Shown: positions 28,850-43,960, counted from the stretch's first letter. The stretch is DNA of 64,000 nucleotides from Chrysomallon squamiferum (GCA_012295275.1 CM022665.1:48360001-48424000); one strand, 5' to 3'. The notes: generated from the letters alone by a model not told the origin. A program made the numbers and translations.

Positions 28850-31318
28850 TCATTTTGTGATCTTGTCTCTGCAAGTTTTCTATCCAGTTAGATTCTGTCT
28901 CTGATAAATGTTTCTGCATTTTAAGGTTTCAGAATTTTTCTTCTTTACTTGAAATGAAAATTGAAATTTCACTTAGAAATTTATTTTAATTGTTTGATAA
29001 ATTTCTCACCCAGAAGAATTTATCTTTTTGTGTAGATCACTCAGAAGAATTTATCTTCATTACTTTGTGTAGATTTTATCTCACTCAGAAGAATTTATCT
29101 TCATTACTTTGTGTAGATTTTATCTCACTCAGAAGAATTTATCTTCATTACTTTGTGTAGATTTTATCTCAGTCAGAAGAATTTATCTTTATTACTTTGT
29201 GTAGATTTTATCTACTCAGAATTTATCTTCATTACTTTATAGATTTTTATCTCACTGTAGATTTTCTTCATTTCATTCATTCAGAAGAATTTATCTGTAT
29301 TACTTTATATGTAGAAATATTTTATTGAGAAAGATTTTCAATGTGGATTTTTCCCTACTTGATGTTTAGATTTATCTCTCAGAATTTATCTTCACTTCAC
29401 TATGTTTAGATTTTATCTCTCAGAATTTATCTTCACTTCACTATGTTTAGATTTTATCTCTTAGAATTTATCTTCTTCACTATGAATTTTATCTTCATCT
29501 TCACTTCACTATGTTTAGATTTTATCTCTTTATCTTCACTTCAATGTTCATTTTATCTCTTATTTATCTTCACTTCACTATGATTAGATTTTATCTCTCA
29601 GAATTTATCTTCACTTCACTATTTTTATCTCTTATTCTCACTATGTTTAAAATCTCTCAAATTTATCTTCACTTCACTATGTTTAGATTTTATCTCTCAG
29701 AATTTATCTTCACTTCACTATGTTCAGATTTTATCTCTCTGAAGAATTCATCTTCACTACTTGATATGGAGATTTTATTTCACTCAAAAGAATTTATCTT
29801 CACTACTTGTGTAGATTACATCTCACTCAGAATAATTTATCATTCCTCACTCAGTTAATTTGTCTACACCAAGTGCAGATTTTCTTCACTCACTGAATTT
29901 TGTCTACACTGCATTAAGTGTAGAAGTTTCTTCACTCAGTGTCTACACTAAGTGAAATTATTTTATCACTCTTGGAATTTGTCTACACTAAGTGAAGATC
30001 TTTCCTTATTCAGTGAATTTGTCTACACTCTTTGAGTGTATATCTCGTGTGCTGTGTTTACTTTTTTATCTCCCTCTCTCCTTTCTCTGCCATCTTTAGA
30101 CAGTCATCTTGGATGATGATGACGAATTTGTGAGTAAAGAAGAATTGTATAGGAAGATTTAATAATCATAACACATACACATACATTTTTAAAATTTATT
30201 TATTTTAATTTTCTTTTTCTTCTTCTTCTTCTTCTTCCTTTTCTTCTTCTTCTTCTTCTTCTTCTTATTATTATTTTTATTTTTATTTTATTTATGTGAT
30301 TTAATAAGCAGACACATACATGTACCTTTTTTTCAAATGAATTTATTTTATTATTTATATATTTATTTATTTATTTATTTATTTATTTATATAATTTAAT
30401 TAATTAATTTATTTTTTGAAATACATCATTGCATTGAGATTTAATAAACACATTTACATACATACATTTATTCATTTATTGCTTTGTATAATACATCATT
30501 GTGTTACTATGCTGTAGTTTCCTGGATGTCCTTGCTATGTTGTTTTGTTATTATATCATAACATTATCATAGTTTATAATAGTGAAGTCTGACTTATTTA
30601 TGTTTTTCTTTAGAAAACACAGAATACAATATGTAGATAAAAAAAAATTGTTGTTTGTTCATATATTTAAAATATGATTTATTAAACATTAACATTTTAA
30701 ATGTTGAAAGCTGTTGTATATAATAATGCTCTTTTCAATTGATATTTATTTATTCTTTTAGTATAATTTATTAAAACTTTATTAACATTTTAAATTTTTG
30801 TTCTTTTTTAAATTTTCATTGTTATTATATAAAATTATGTTCTTTTTTAAATTTTCATAGTTATTATATAAAATTTATGTTCTTTTTAACAGATTTTAAT
30901 TTTATTTTATTTAGTCTTTTACTATAACTTACTAAACTTTATCAACACTTTAAATACTATTTTTTCAAACCTGCTGTTGTATATAACTGTGTTATGTGTT
31001 GTTACCAGGGAGAGAAGCCAATACCGGAGTATCGGTTAAAACGAATTGGAGAACTCATCGAGCCTTGGTTCATCTTTTCTCTTGTGTGGAGTTTTGGAGC
31101 CACCTGTGACAACAACTCCAGATCCAAGTTCTCCAACTGGCTCCGTGAAAAGATGAGAGAACACAATGTAAAAACACTTAGCTTAAAATATCTACAGCTT
31201 TGTATTGTTTTTAGAAATTTCACACAATTTTTATTATTATTATTATTGTTCTATATATATATATATATATTATTTAAAAATCTCATAATCTGTTAATTGT
31301 TGTTAAAATGTCACATAT

Positions 31319-31364
<46 letters not shown>

Positions 31365-34166
31365 TATTATTAGATGGAGCTGACAAATTTAAACTTATAC
31401 TTTGTTCACTGATGTTTATTTATTTATTTATTTAATTTATTTAATTTATTTATATAATTATTTATTTATTTAATTTATTTATATATTTATTTTTTAATTT
31501 ATTTATTAATTTATTAATTTATATATTTATTTATTTATTTAATTTATATATATATTTATTTATTTAATTTATTTATATATTTATTTATTTTATTATTTAT
31601 TTATTTATTTATTTACAATTTGTAGGTTGGGCTGATGTTTCCCGAGGCAGGTCTGATCTACGACTACATGCTAGACGATGCTGGGATCAGCAGCCCAGAA
31701 CAAGACGATGAAGACGAGGACACAGCCAAGAGCAAAGAGGTAAACAGAAAGTTTTAACTTGAAATGTGAAATGTGTGAAAAATGTGAAAAATATGTAAAA
31801 TGTGTGAAATATGTGAAAATGTGTGAAATATGTGGAAAATGTGAATTATGTAAAAATTTGTGGAATATGTTAAATATGTGAAATTTGTGAAATATGTAGA
31901 ATATGTAGAATATGTGAAATATGTGGAATGTGTAAAATATGTGGTTCTTCTTTTTTAAAAGTAAAAATGTGGCTGAAATGTAAAATGTTTATTGACAGAT
32001 AGTTTACAAATATAAAATGATTACTAAAATGATTGTTTTTTGAATGTATGAAATATGTGAAATATTCAAAATGTGAAATACGTGAACTGTAAAATGTTTT
32101 ACTAACAGGTTCAGTGGAGAAGCTGGATGTACAACCAACCTGATTACACCATCAGTCCAGACATCCGCTACTCTGACATCATCGTTCCCACCTTGGACAC
32201 CATCCGCAGTTCACACATCCTTGAGATGCTTATCACCAACAAAAAAACAGTAAGGAGAAATTATTATATTTTGATTTGCCATTTAAGCAAAATTATATGT
32301 TTGTGTGTGTTTGTGTGTCTGTGAATATGTCAATAAAAATTCTGTTCACTTCACTGGTTTTAATCACTGCTGATTTCAGGTACTGAGCATTGGTCCAACC
32401 GGAACGGGAAAAACTCTGACAATCGCAGACAAACTTTCTCGTAATCTGCCAAAGGAGTACATCCCTGACTTCATCGTGTTCTCTGCCAAAACCAGCGCGA
32501 ACCAGACACAGGACCTCATTGATGGCAAGCTCGACAAGAGGTGGGTGTATTTTATAGTGTTCAAGTTTATTTTTATGTTCCTTTATGAGTTAACATAAGT
32601 GTATTGTTAATATGTACATTATAAGTTAAAATGACACAGGACCTCATGGTGATGTGATTTTTAAGCAACTGTGCAGAATGATCTGTTAAAGAATCCATAC
32701 AAGGAACATGTGCTGTCGGTCAGTTAGAGTTCCAGCCATAATAACATTTTGATAACCAATTCAGTGTAGTGTTAACGTTTTGTTAACTACAGTTCAAAGT
32801 ATTATTAACATTTTAAACTACAGTCACAAAAATTGGACACAGTTTATCGTCATATCTTTCATACTTCAAATAATGAGAAATTTTCTGAATATTTTATTTT
32901 CGACCTAAAAGTTTACTAATTAAAACTCTGTCTGTATTTTTTTCTCCACAGACGTAAAGGTGTGTTTGGTCCCCCGCTGGGTAAATACTTTGTGTTTTTC
33001 ATTGACGACCTCAACATGCCAGCCCTGGAGGTGTACGGAGCCCAGCCTCCGATAGAACTCTTGAGACAGTGGATGGACTTCAGTGGCTGGTACGATCGCA
33101 AAGCTATTGGTGAGTTCCGGCATCTCGTCGACGTCAACTTCGTCTGCGCAATGGGACCACCGGGTGGTGGGCGCAACCCCGTCACTGCGCGACTGCTACG
33201 ACACTTCAACTTCCTGGCGTTCACCGAGATGGAGGACTCGAGTAAACAGAAAATCTTTGGAGTCATTCTCAAATCTTGGACAGGTGTGTACATGCTTTTT
33301 CCTTTCTGTTTTTTCACTACAACCCATGTTTTTCTTTTGTCTTTTTTTATTGTTTAATTCCATTTTGTTTGGTGCTTTTAATCCTTTTATTAAAAAAAAA
33401 ATAAAATACAATTTTTGTTACCTTTTCTGTTGTTTTTCCTTTTCATTGTTTTCCCCCTTGTCTTTATCAAACTGATATTTTTGTTTTATATATCAGTCTA
33501 ACAGAGTTATCTGATGAAATGACGTGTTTGTTTGTGTTACAGATCTGTCTAAAAGACTATTTTTATGAAACGATGTGTTTGTGTTTTTTCAGATCAGTCA
33601 CATAGTCTATAATTAAATGATGTGTTTGTGTTACAGATCAGTCTAAAAGACTATTTTTATGAAATGATGTGTTTGTATTGTTACAGATCAGTCTAAAAGA
33701 GTAATGTAATGAAATGGTGTCTTTGTGTTGTTACAGATTAGTCCAAAATAGTAATGTAATGAAATGATGTGTTTGTGTTGTTACAGATCAGTCTAAAAGA
33801 CTATTTTTATGAAATGATGTGTTTGTGTTGTTACAGATCAGTGTAAAAGAGTTATGAAATGGTGTGTTTATTTGTGTTACAGATCAGTCACAGAGTCTAT
33901 AATGAAATGATGTGTTTGTGTTACAGATCAGTCACAGTGTGTGTAATGGTGTGTTTATTTGTGTTTCAGATCAGTCACAGAGTCTGAAGGAGCACTGTGA
34001 TCAGATGGTGGACACGTGTATTTCTATGTACAATCAGATCAAACAGGAGCTGCTGCCCACACCCGCCAAGAGTCACTACACGTTCAACTTGAGAGATCTG
34101 TCCAAAGTCTTCCAGGGAATCCTCATGATGGACCCAACCAAAATCACTGTAAGCAATAAAGTGTGT

Positions 34167-34232
<66 letters not shown>

Positions 34233-37200
34233 TTGTTATTGAAAACATTACAGTGAACATTAAATATTGTCATTGTTGTCAAACATGATTATAGTAAGCA
34301 CAGAACATCTGTTATATCTAATCAATGTAAGTGTATTTTATATAACTTCAGCATCGACTTTGCAACTGAATACTACAGGGAGGTTTGTTAATCTCTAATT
34401 TTATGATAATAGAGCATAAAATCAATTTTAGAATTTCACAGATATGAATAAGATGTATAATGCATTCTGAATAGAAATTGTAATCTGAAAAGCAGATGTA
34501 TTGTCATGTAGCTGATTGACTTTAGTGATCACTGATCTTGAGTTCAAGCCAATTTCAAGCTGTGATATTCCAATGAAATTTATTTCATAATTAATTACGG
34601 GCCAACCCTGGCTGAATGTTTTTGAAAAGGAACAAGATTTTGTTAAGGAAAAGAGACAGAAGAGATTGGAAGATTGATTAAAAACGTTTGTGATTTCAGA
34701 ACCTGACAGACTTTCTCCGACTCTTCTACCACGAGAGCTGCCGAGTCTTCCAGGACCGACTGGTGAACAACCAGGACCGGCAGTGGTTCGAGGACCTGCT
34801 CAAGGAGAAGATGGAGAAGGACTTCAACACACAGTTCTCCGAAGTGGTGCCCAAGAAGCCGGTCCTGTACGGAGACTTCATGCAGGCCGCCGCAGTCGAC
34901 AACAGACCTTACCTGGAAATACCTGATCATGAAAAGGTGAATTTTGAATACCTTCTCTCACACAGGCTGCGAAACATGTCAGATATTCCTGTGACCATCT
35001 TTAGACTTTCATAGTCTAAGAATGAATATTATAAATTTTGTATCATATTTTAGGAATTTATAACCCTTGCACACAAGTAATAGATAAATGTGTTTATTAG
35101 TCTGTGAGAAATGTTGTGTCTTATAAAACGTTTACATATTAAATATAAATATATTATATTTAACATGAACTATATTTAATATAAACCATATGTAATATAA
35201 ACTATAGTTAAAACAAATTATGTTTAATATAACCTGCATTTAATAAAACTATATTCAATATAAACTATATTTTATACAAACTGTAATATATAAACTACCT
35301 ATGATACAAACTATATTAAACTGTATATGACATGTATAATACAAATTGTATGTAACCATTGTGAGTACAAGAACAGTACATTCAGATAAACACAGCTAAG
35401 ACAAACTATATATAATATAAACTATATTAAACTCTATATAATATATATAGCTATATAATACAAACTGTATTTAACAGCTGGTGCGAGTACTAGAAGAGTA
35501 TCTGGAGGACTACAATCAGATAAACACAGCTCAGATGAAGTTGGTGCTGTTCATGGATGCCGTTGAACATGTCTGTCGAATCTCGCGAATCATACGACAG
35601 CCTCTTGGCAATGCTCTGCTGCTGGGTATGGGGGGCAGCGGTCGACAGAGCTTGACCCGCCTGTCTGCACACATGTAAGTGACTGTACAATACAACTCTG
35701 TATTACACATCATGAAGAATTAAATTATATTAAATTTAATTCTCACTTCACTTAGTGAACTTTTAATAGTTAGAATATGACAGAAGTAATTATGTTATTA
35801 TCTGTTCTTTTTATCATCAGTGTTTAAGATATTTTCTTTCTCATTTTTGTAAGTATACTCTTAAAATATTTCTTAATAATTTTAACACATTTACTTATTT
35901 ATATCTGTATATTGTTAAAATGTTTATTGATATACTGAACCCATTTTCTTTCTTATTTCTGTCACTATATTTTAAAATATTTCTCTGTATTATTTGTTAA
36001 AATGTTTATTGATCCTGTGTTTACTGAACCCAAAGTTTTGTAAAGTGTCTTTGTGTTTCAGGGCATTTATGTTTCCAGATTGAGCTGTATATTGTTGAAA
36101 CATTTCGTAAAATGTTCAAAGCAAATTTTTCCTTTTAATGTTTGACATCAGTGCTTAAAATATTTTATTCAAGTTATTTTTGTAACTGTAATTCAAAACT
36201 GTAATTTGTATCTCAATGTTTGACATCAGTCCTTAAAAATGTCAGAACTTAATTTGTATCTCATTTTGTTCTTTACAAATGTTTTATTCAAGTAACTGTA
36301 ATTTGTATCTCCTGACATCAGTTTTACAAATGTCTTTATTCAAGTGTGTTTTGTAAGTGTTTGACTTTAAAATGTCTTTATTCAAGTAACTGTGTTCTCA
36401 GGTTTGCATCAGAAATTTTTATTCAAGAACTGTTTTGTATCTCAGTGTTTGACATCAGTCTTTACAAATCTCTTTATTCAAGTAACTGTAATTTGTATCT
36501 CAGTGTTTGACATCAGTCTTTACAAATGTCTTTATTCAAGTAACTGTAATTTGTATCTCAGTGTTTGACATCAGTCTTTACAAATGTCTTTATTCAAGTA
36601 ACTGTAATTTGTATCTCAGTGTTTGAAATCAGTCTGGTTTATTCAAGGACTAATTTGTATATCCATGGTCTTTACAAATGTCTTTATTCAAGTGACTGTA
36701 ATTTGGTTTTGACATCAAATGTCTTTATTCAAATGTTTACAAATGTCTTTATTCAAGTAACTGTAATTTGTATCTCAGTGTTTGACATCAGTCTTTACAA
36801 ATGTCTTTATTCAAGTAACTGTAATTTGTATCTCAGTGTTTGACATCAGTCTTTACAAATGTCTTTATTCAAGTAACTGTAATTTGTATCTCAGTGTTTG
36901 ACATCAGTCTTTACAAATGTCTTTATTCAAGTAACTGTAATTTGTATCTCAGTGTTTGACATCAGTCTTTACAAATGTCTTTATTCAAGTAACTGTAATT
37001 TTGTGGTAAAATAAAATATTAACTAAATCTTCACACATTCAGGTTTGTAGTGTTTAAACTGATCTGCTTGTATAAATTACTTCAATGATGATGATGATAT
37101 GTTTGTGTGATAATGAAAATAAAAATGATCATCATCATCATGATAAACAAGAGCAAATAATAACAATAATCTTATTATCGTAGTCATAATGAATGGAAAT

Positions 37201-40200
37201 ATCCACACAGAGAATGTGTTAATGAGTGTTTCACAATTTTCTTAAAGATCAAAAACGAGTCTTTCCTTGAAGACATCAACAACATTCTGAATGCCGGTGA
37301 CGTGCCCAACATCTACGGCTTTGACGAGCTGGACCAGATCTACACAGCCATGAAGCCACTCTGCCAGGACATCGGCCTCACACCCACCAAGACTAATCTG
37401 TTCTCCCAGTACACCAAGCGAGTCCGCAGTAACCTGCACACAGTGATTACCATGAGGTGAGTGTCAGTAGTCTACACACAGTGATTACCATGAGATGAGT
37501 GTCAGTAATCTAACACAGTGATTACCATGAGGTGAGTGTCAGTAATCTACACAGTGATTACCATGAGGTGAGTGTCAGTAGTCTACACACAGTGTCAGTA
37601 GTCTGCACACAGTGATTACCATGAGGTGAGTGTCCGTAGTCTACACACAGTGTCAGTAACCTAAACATACCAATTACCATGAGCAGATTATCACTAATTA
37701 CCCACTATCTTTCTGTGCTTATTCTTGGTGTACTGTGAATACATGTTAATAGTAATCTGTATATAAATTATTATTTAACTTTCAGTCAGTACACTGTGTG
37801 TATCTATATAAATTGTTATTTAACTTTCAGTACACTGAGTGTTTTTAACAGTATAACTGGTACTATATAAATTGTTATTTAACAGTCCTCTAGGTGAGGT
37901 GTTCCGAGCTCGACTTCGTCAGTTCCCAGCTCTTGTCAACTGCTGCACCATTGAGTGGTTCAGTGAGTGGCCAGACGATGCTCTCAAGTCAGTTGCTCTC
38001 CGTTTCCTTGGCGACATTCCAGACCTGGACAGCACGGACGAAGTTCTCAATGGACTGGTCAGTCTTTGTTTTAACACAACTCTTCTGTACAGATAACTGT
38101 TAACTTTACATAATAATTTGTTAGGTCTTTTATTATTATTAACCTGTGGCCTATAATAAAAATAAAATAAATAAATAAATACAAATTAAATGTAGTTTTT
38201 GAATATTCCTTAAGGTGTAATTAATTTAAAATACAAGAATATTTTAGTTTCATTATTTAATTTTTATTTTATTTTATTTTATTTTTTTATTTTTATTTTT
38301 TTTAAATGACACTTTACATTTTCATTTTCTTTTTATTATTTATATTAATCTTAAATGTCTATTTTTCTCATTGTTTGATAATGTTTGTTTACCTGTGTGA
38401 AGGTGTCAGTGTGTCATGTTTGATAATGTGTGTTTACCTGTGTACAGGTGTCAGTGTGTCATGTTTGATAATGTGTGTTTACCTGTGTGCATGTGTCAGT
38501 GTGTCATGTTTGATAATGTGTGTTTACCTGTGTGCAGGTGTCAGTGTGTCATGTTTGATAATGTGTGTTTACCTGTGTGCATGTGTCAGTGTGTCATGTT
38601 TGATAATGTGTGTTTTACCTGTGTGCAAGGTGTCAGTGTGTCATGTTTGATAATGTGTGTTTACCTGTGTGCAGGTGTCAGTGTGTCATGTTTGATAATG
38701 TGTGTTTACCTGTCTGCAGGTGTCAGTGTGTCATGTTTGATAATGTGTGTTTACCTGTGTGCAGGTGTCAGTGTGTCATGTTTGATAATGTGTGTTTACC
38801 TGTGTGCAGGTGTCAGTGTGTCATGTTTGATAATGTGTGTTTACCTGTCAGTGTGTCATGTTTGATAATGTGTGTTTACCTGTGTACAGGTGTCAGTGTG
38901 TCATGTTTGATAATGTGTGTTTACCTGTGTGCAGGTGTCAGTGTGTCATGTTTGATAATGTGTGTTTACCTGTGTGCAGGTGTCAGTGTGTCATGTTTGA
39001 TAATGTGTGTTTACCTGTGTGCAGGTGTCAGTGTGTCATGTTTGATAATGTGTGTTTACCTGTCTGCAGGTGTCAGTGTGTCATGTTTGATAATGTGTGT
39101 TTACCTGTGTGCAGGTGTCAGTGTGTCATGTTTGATAATGTGTGTTTACCTGTGTGCAGGTGTCAGTGTGTCATGTTTGATAATGTGTGTTTACCTGTCT
39201 TCAGGTGTCAGTGTGTCATGTTTGATAATGTGTGTTTACCTGTCTACAGGTGTCAGTGTGTCATGTTTGATAATGTGTGTTTACCTGTGTGCAGGTGTCA
39301 GTGTGTCATGTTTGATAATGTGTGTTTACCTGTGCAGGTGTCAGTGTGTCATGTTTGATAATGTGTGTTTACCTGTCTGCAGGTGTCAGCGTGTCATGTT
39401 TGATAATGTGTGTTTACCTGTGTGCAGGTGTCATGTTTGATAATGTGTGTTTACCTGTCTGCAGGTGTCAGTGTGTCATGTTTGATAATGTGTGTTTACC
39501 TGTCTACAGGTGTCATGTTTGATAATGTGTGTTTACCTGTGTGCAGGTGTCAGTGTGTCATGTTTGATAATGTGTGTTTACCTGTCTGCAGGTGTCAGTG
39601 TGTCATGTTTGATAATGTGTGTTTACCTGTCTGCAGGTGTCAGTGTGTCATGTTTGATAATGTGTGTTTACCTATCTACAGGTGTCAGTGTGTCATGTTT
39701 GATAATGTGTGTTTACCTGTCTGCAGGTGTCAGTGTGTCATGTTTGATAATGTGTGTTTACCTGTCTGCAGGTGTCAGTGTGTCATGTTTGATAATGTGT
39801 GTTTACCTGTCTGCAGGTGTCAGTGTGTCATGTTTGATAATGTGTGTTTACCTGTCTGCAGGTGTCAGTGTGTCATGTTTGATAATGTGTGTTTACCTGT
39901 GTGCAGGTGTCAGTGTGTCATGTTTGATAATGTGTGTTTACCTGTCTACAGGTGTCAGTGTGTCATGTTTGATAATGTGTGTTTACCTGTCTACAGGTGT
40001 CAGTGTGTCATGTTTGATAATGTGTGTTTACCTGTGTGCAGGTGTCAGTGTGTCATGTTTGATAATGTGTGTTTACCTGTCTACAGGTGTCAGTGTGTCA
40101 TGTTTGATAATGTGTGTTTACCTGTGTGCAGGTGTCATGTTTGATAATGTGTGTTTACCTGTGTGCAGGTGTCAGCGTGTCATGTTTGATAATGTGTGTT

Positions 40201-43200
40201 TACCTGTGTACAGGTGTCAGTGTGTCATGTTTGATAATGTGTGTTTACCTGTGTGCAGGTGTCAGTGTGTCATGTTTGATAATGTGTGTTTACCTGTCTA
40301 CAGGTGTCAGCGTGTCATGTTTGATAATGTGTGTTTACCTGTCTACAGGTGTCAGTGTGTCATGTTTGATAATGTGTGTTTACCTGTCTACAGGTGTCAG
40401 TGTGTCATGTTTGATAATGTGTGTTTACCTGTGTGCAGGTGTCATGTTTGATAATGTGTGTTTACCTGTGTGCAGGTGTCATGTTTGATAATGTGTGTTT
40501 ACCTGTGTGCAGGTGTCATGTTTGATAATGTGTGTTTACCTGTGTGCAGGTGTCATGTTTGATAATGTGTGTTTACCTGTGTGCAGGTGTCATGTTTGAT
40601 AATGTGTGTTTACCTGTGTGCAGGTGTCAGTGTCATGTTTGATAATGTGTGTTTACCTGTCTACAGGTGTCAGTGTGTCATGTTTGATAATGTGTGTTTA
40701 CCTGTGTGCAGGTGTCAGTGTGTCATGTTTGATAATGTGTGTTTACCTGTCTACAGGTGTCAGTGTGTCATGTTTGATAATGTGTGTTTACCTGTCTACA
40801 GGTGTCAGTGTGTCATGTTTGATAATGTGTGTTTACCTGTCTACAGGTGTCAGTGTGTCATGTTTGATAATGTGTGTTTACCTGTCTGCAGGTGTCATGT
40901 TTGATAATGTGTGTTTACCTGTCTACACGTGTCAGTGTGTCATGTTTGATAATGTGTGTTTACCTGTGTGCAGGTGTCATGTTTGATAATGTGTGTTTAC
41001 CTGTGTGGTGTCAGGTGTCATGTTTGATAATGTGTGTTTACCTGTCTGCAGGTGTCAGTGTCATGTTTGATAATGTGTGTTTACCTGTCTGCAGGTGTCA
41101 GTGTCATGTTTGATAATGTGTGTTTACCTGTCTACAGGTGTCAGTGTGTCATGTTTGATAATGTGTGTTTACCTGTGTGTCAGGTGTCATGTTTGATAAT
41201 GTGTGTTTACCTGTGTGCAGGTGTCAGTGTGTCAGGAGATTCACCAGTCAGTGGCGAAGAACTCAAAACGCTTTCTCGCTGAGCTGTCTCGCTACAACTA
41301 CGTGACGCCAACCAGCTACCTCGAGCTGCTCGGAATCTTCTCAAAACTCCTCGGCATGAAGAAGATGGAGCTGAACACGTCGAGGACCAGACTGAAAACT
41401 GGTCTGGACAAGGTGAAACATTTTTATTTTTAAAACACATGATTGTAGCACACAGGGTTTTCATCTTAACAAGGTTTCACTGAGAGTTTAAACTTCATGA
41501 TATTTTGATCTTATGATTCTCTGAAAGCACCATGTTGAACGACTTTATGTTGATACACATAATTCTTATATAATTCTGTGTAATTCTTATAGTTTGATTT
41601 TATCATATTTTACTGAAAATTCAGTGTTTAATATAATGTTAATTCTTATGTTTTAATTTTATCATATTTCTCTGAAAGATATATTTTAATCTTACAAGAT
41701 TTCATGAAAGTTCCATTGACAATTCTTACTTTAAACTAAAATTATGAAATTTTATCAGACATTAAAATATTTTTAAATAATCAGATATTGTGTATTACTG
41801 AGGAAGTTCTTTTAAAATAATCAGATATTGTGTATTATTCAGGAAGATATTTAAATTAATCAGATATTGTGTATTAGTGAGGAAGATATTTAAAATAATC
41901 AGATACTGTGTATTACTGAGGAAGATATTTAAATTAATCAGATGTTGTGTATTAATGAGGAAGATATTTAAAATAATCAGATATTGTGTATTAATGAGGA
42001 AGATATTTAAAATAATCAGATATTGTGTATTATTCAGGAAGATATTTAAAATAATCAGATATTGTGTATTATTCAGGAAGATATTTTAAATTAATCAGAT
42101 GTTGTGTATTATTCAGGAAGATATTTAAAATAATGAGATATTGTGTATTACTGAGGTTTTGTTTACTTGTTTACTTTCAGCTGCTGACCACTGCTGATGA
42201 AGTTGCTAAGCTGCAGGAAGAGCTGGCAACGATGAGGCCGTTGTTGGAGGAGGCAGTCAAAGAGTCCATACAGACCATGGAGAAGATTTCTGTTGACACT
42301 GTAAGTAAAATAAATAAACAAACAAATAAATAAAAAAATTAATTAAAAAATATGCAGTTTGTATTAGAAGATGTATAATATATAATTATATTTTCAGTCT
42401 AGTAGTAGATAAAACATAATGTATAATGATATTTTCAGTCTAGCAGTAGATAAAACACAATGTATGATGATATTTTCAGTCTGGTAGTAGATATAATGTA
42501 TGATATTTTCAGTCTAGTAGTAGATATAATGGATGATATTTTCAGTAGTAGATATGATGATATTTTCACTCAGTAGTAGATATAATGTATGATATTTTCA
42601 GTCTAGTAGTAGATATGATGTATGATATTTTCAATCTAGTAGAAGATATAATGTGTATGATATTTTCAGTCTGGTAGTAGATATAATGTATGATATTTTC
42701 AGTCTGGTAGTAGATATAATATGTATATTTTCAGTCTAGTAGTAGATATAATGTATGATATTTTCAGGCTGTGGCGGAGGAGACCAAGGCTATAGTACAG
42801 AAGGAGGAGGCCAGAGGAACGGTGAAGGCCTGCCCTGACTCAGGCTATTGCAACAAATACACAGTAATGTGTTTGAACGAACCTGCCTGCCCTGGTCAGT
42901 CACTTTAAACAGTCACTTTAAACAAATACACAATAATATATTTAAAATAAACCTGAATAATAATAACAATAATAATAACAAGAAGACGAAGAAGAAGAAT
43001 ATAAATTGTTTAACTGTGATGATCAAGTTTAAATTGGTTTTGATAAAATAACTGATAAGTACAATTTGATGTTGCATAGATTGAGATCTGATTGATGTAG
43101 ATATATTGTGGATACTAAATCTAGACATTGCATATGGATAGACTGAAATCTGTTTGAAGAAGAGATATTATACTTACTAAAACAGAATTTAATGATGGAT

Positions 43201-43624
43201 GTATTCTGAAAAAAGATGCTAGTGTTGTTATCATTGCTGTTATTTCAAATATTGTTGAGAATTTGTGATAAAAGACCAGACTTTGTCTATCTGTGATTAT
43301 CACTCATATAACTCAAGTTACATATGGTAAAAGCTAGTTTTAATATAAGCAGTAATAAATTGAGAAATGTTTGTTTTGTTCAGGACGCTGCTTTGGCCAG
43401 TTTGAAATCTCTCAACAAGACTGACGTGGTGGAGGTGAGAGCACTGCAGAGACCACCTGACGGCGTGCGCATGGTCATTGAGGCTGTCAGCATCATGAAG
43501 TCTGTTAAACCAAAGAGAATCCCTGGAGACAAGGTTTGATTACTGATAATAATAACAATAATAATAATAATCATAGTAATAGTAGTAATAATAGTAATAG
43601 TAATAGTAATAATAACAATAATAA

Positions 43625-43662
<38 letters not shown>

Positions 43663-43765
43663 TTTCACTCATGTTAATTGTTTTTAACTCTGTGTCTGTG
43701 TTGTGACTGTTCTCGGGAGTGAAAGTGGATGACTACTGGTAGTGGTAGTAGTGGTAGTAGTAGTG

Positions 43766-43811
<46 letters not shown>

Positions 43812-43960
43812 CAGTATTAGCAGTATTTCACTCACATGTTTAATGTTAACTCTGTGTCTGTGTTGTCACTGTAGCCGGGAGTGAAAGTGGATGACTACTG
43901 GTAGTGGTAGTAGTAGTAGTTGTAGTAGTAGTAGTAGTAGTAGTGGTAGTAGTAGTAGTT

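Noticed and set aside
34375-34610. Possible MITE ending in ggccaaccctg
   Set aside because: No convincing matching inverted terminus or target-site duplication is visible.
35620-35650. AAA4 P-loop with Arg in place of the Walker A Lys (GMGGSGRQ)
   Set aside because: As I recall, GSGR is usual in AAA4 of DNAH1 and related axonemal dyneins, so it is not novel.
38306-41282. Long Cys-rich ORFs ([15 protein letters not shown])n resembling metallothionein or keratin-associated proteins
   Set aside because: They are translations of the 45-bp acceptor minisatellite; a unit length divisible by 3 keeps two frames open.
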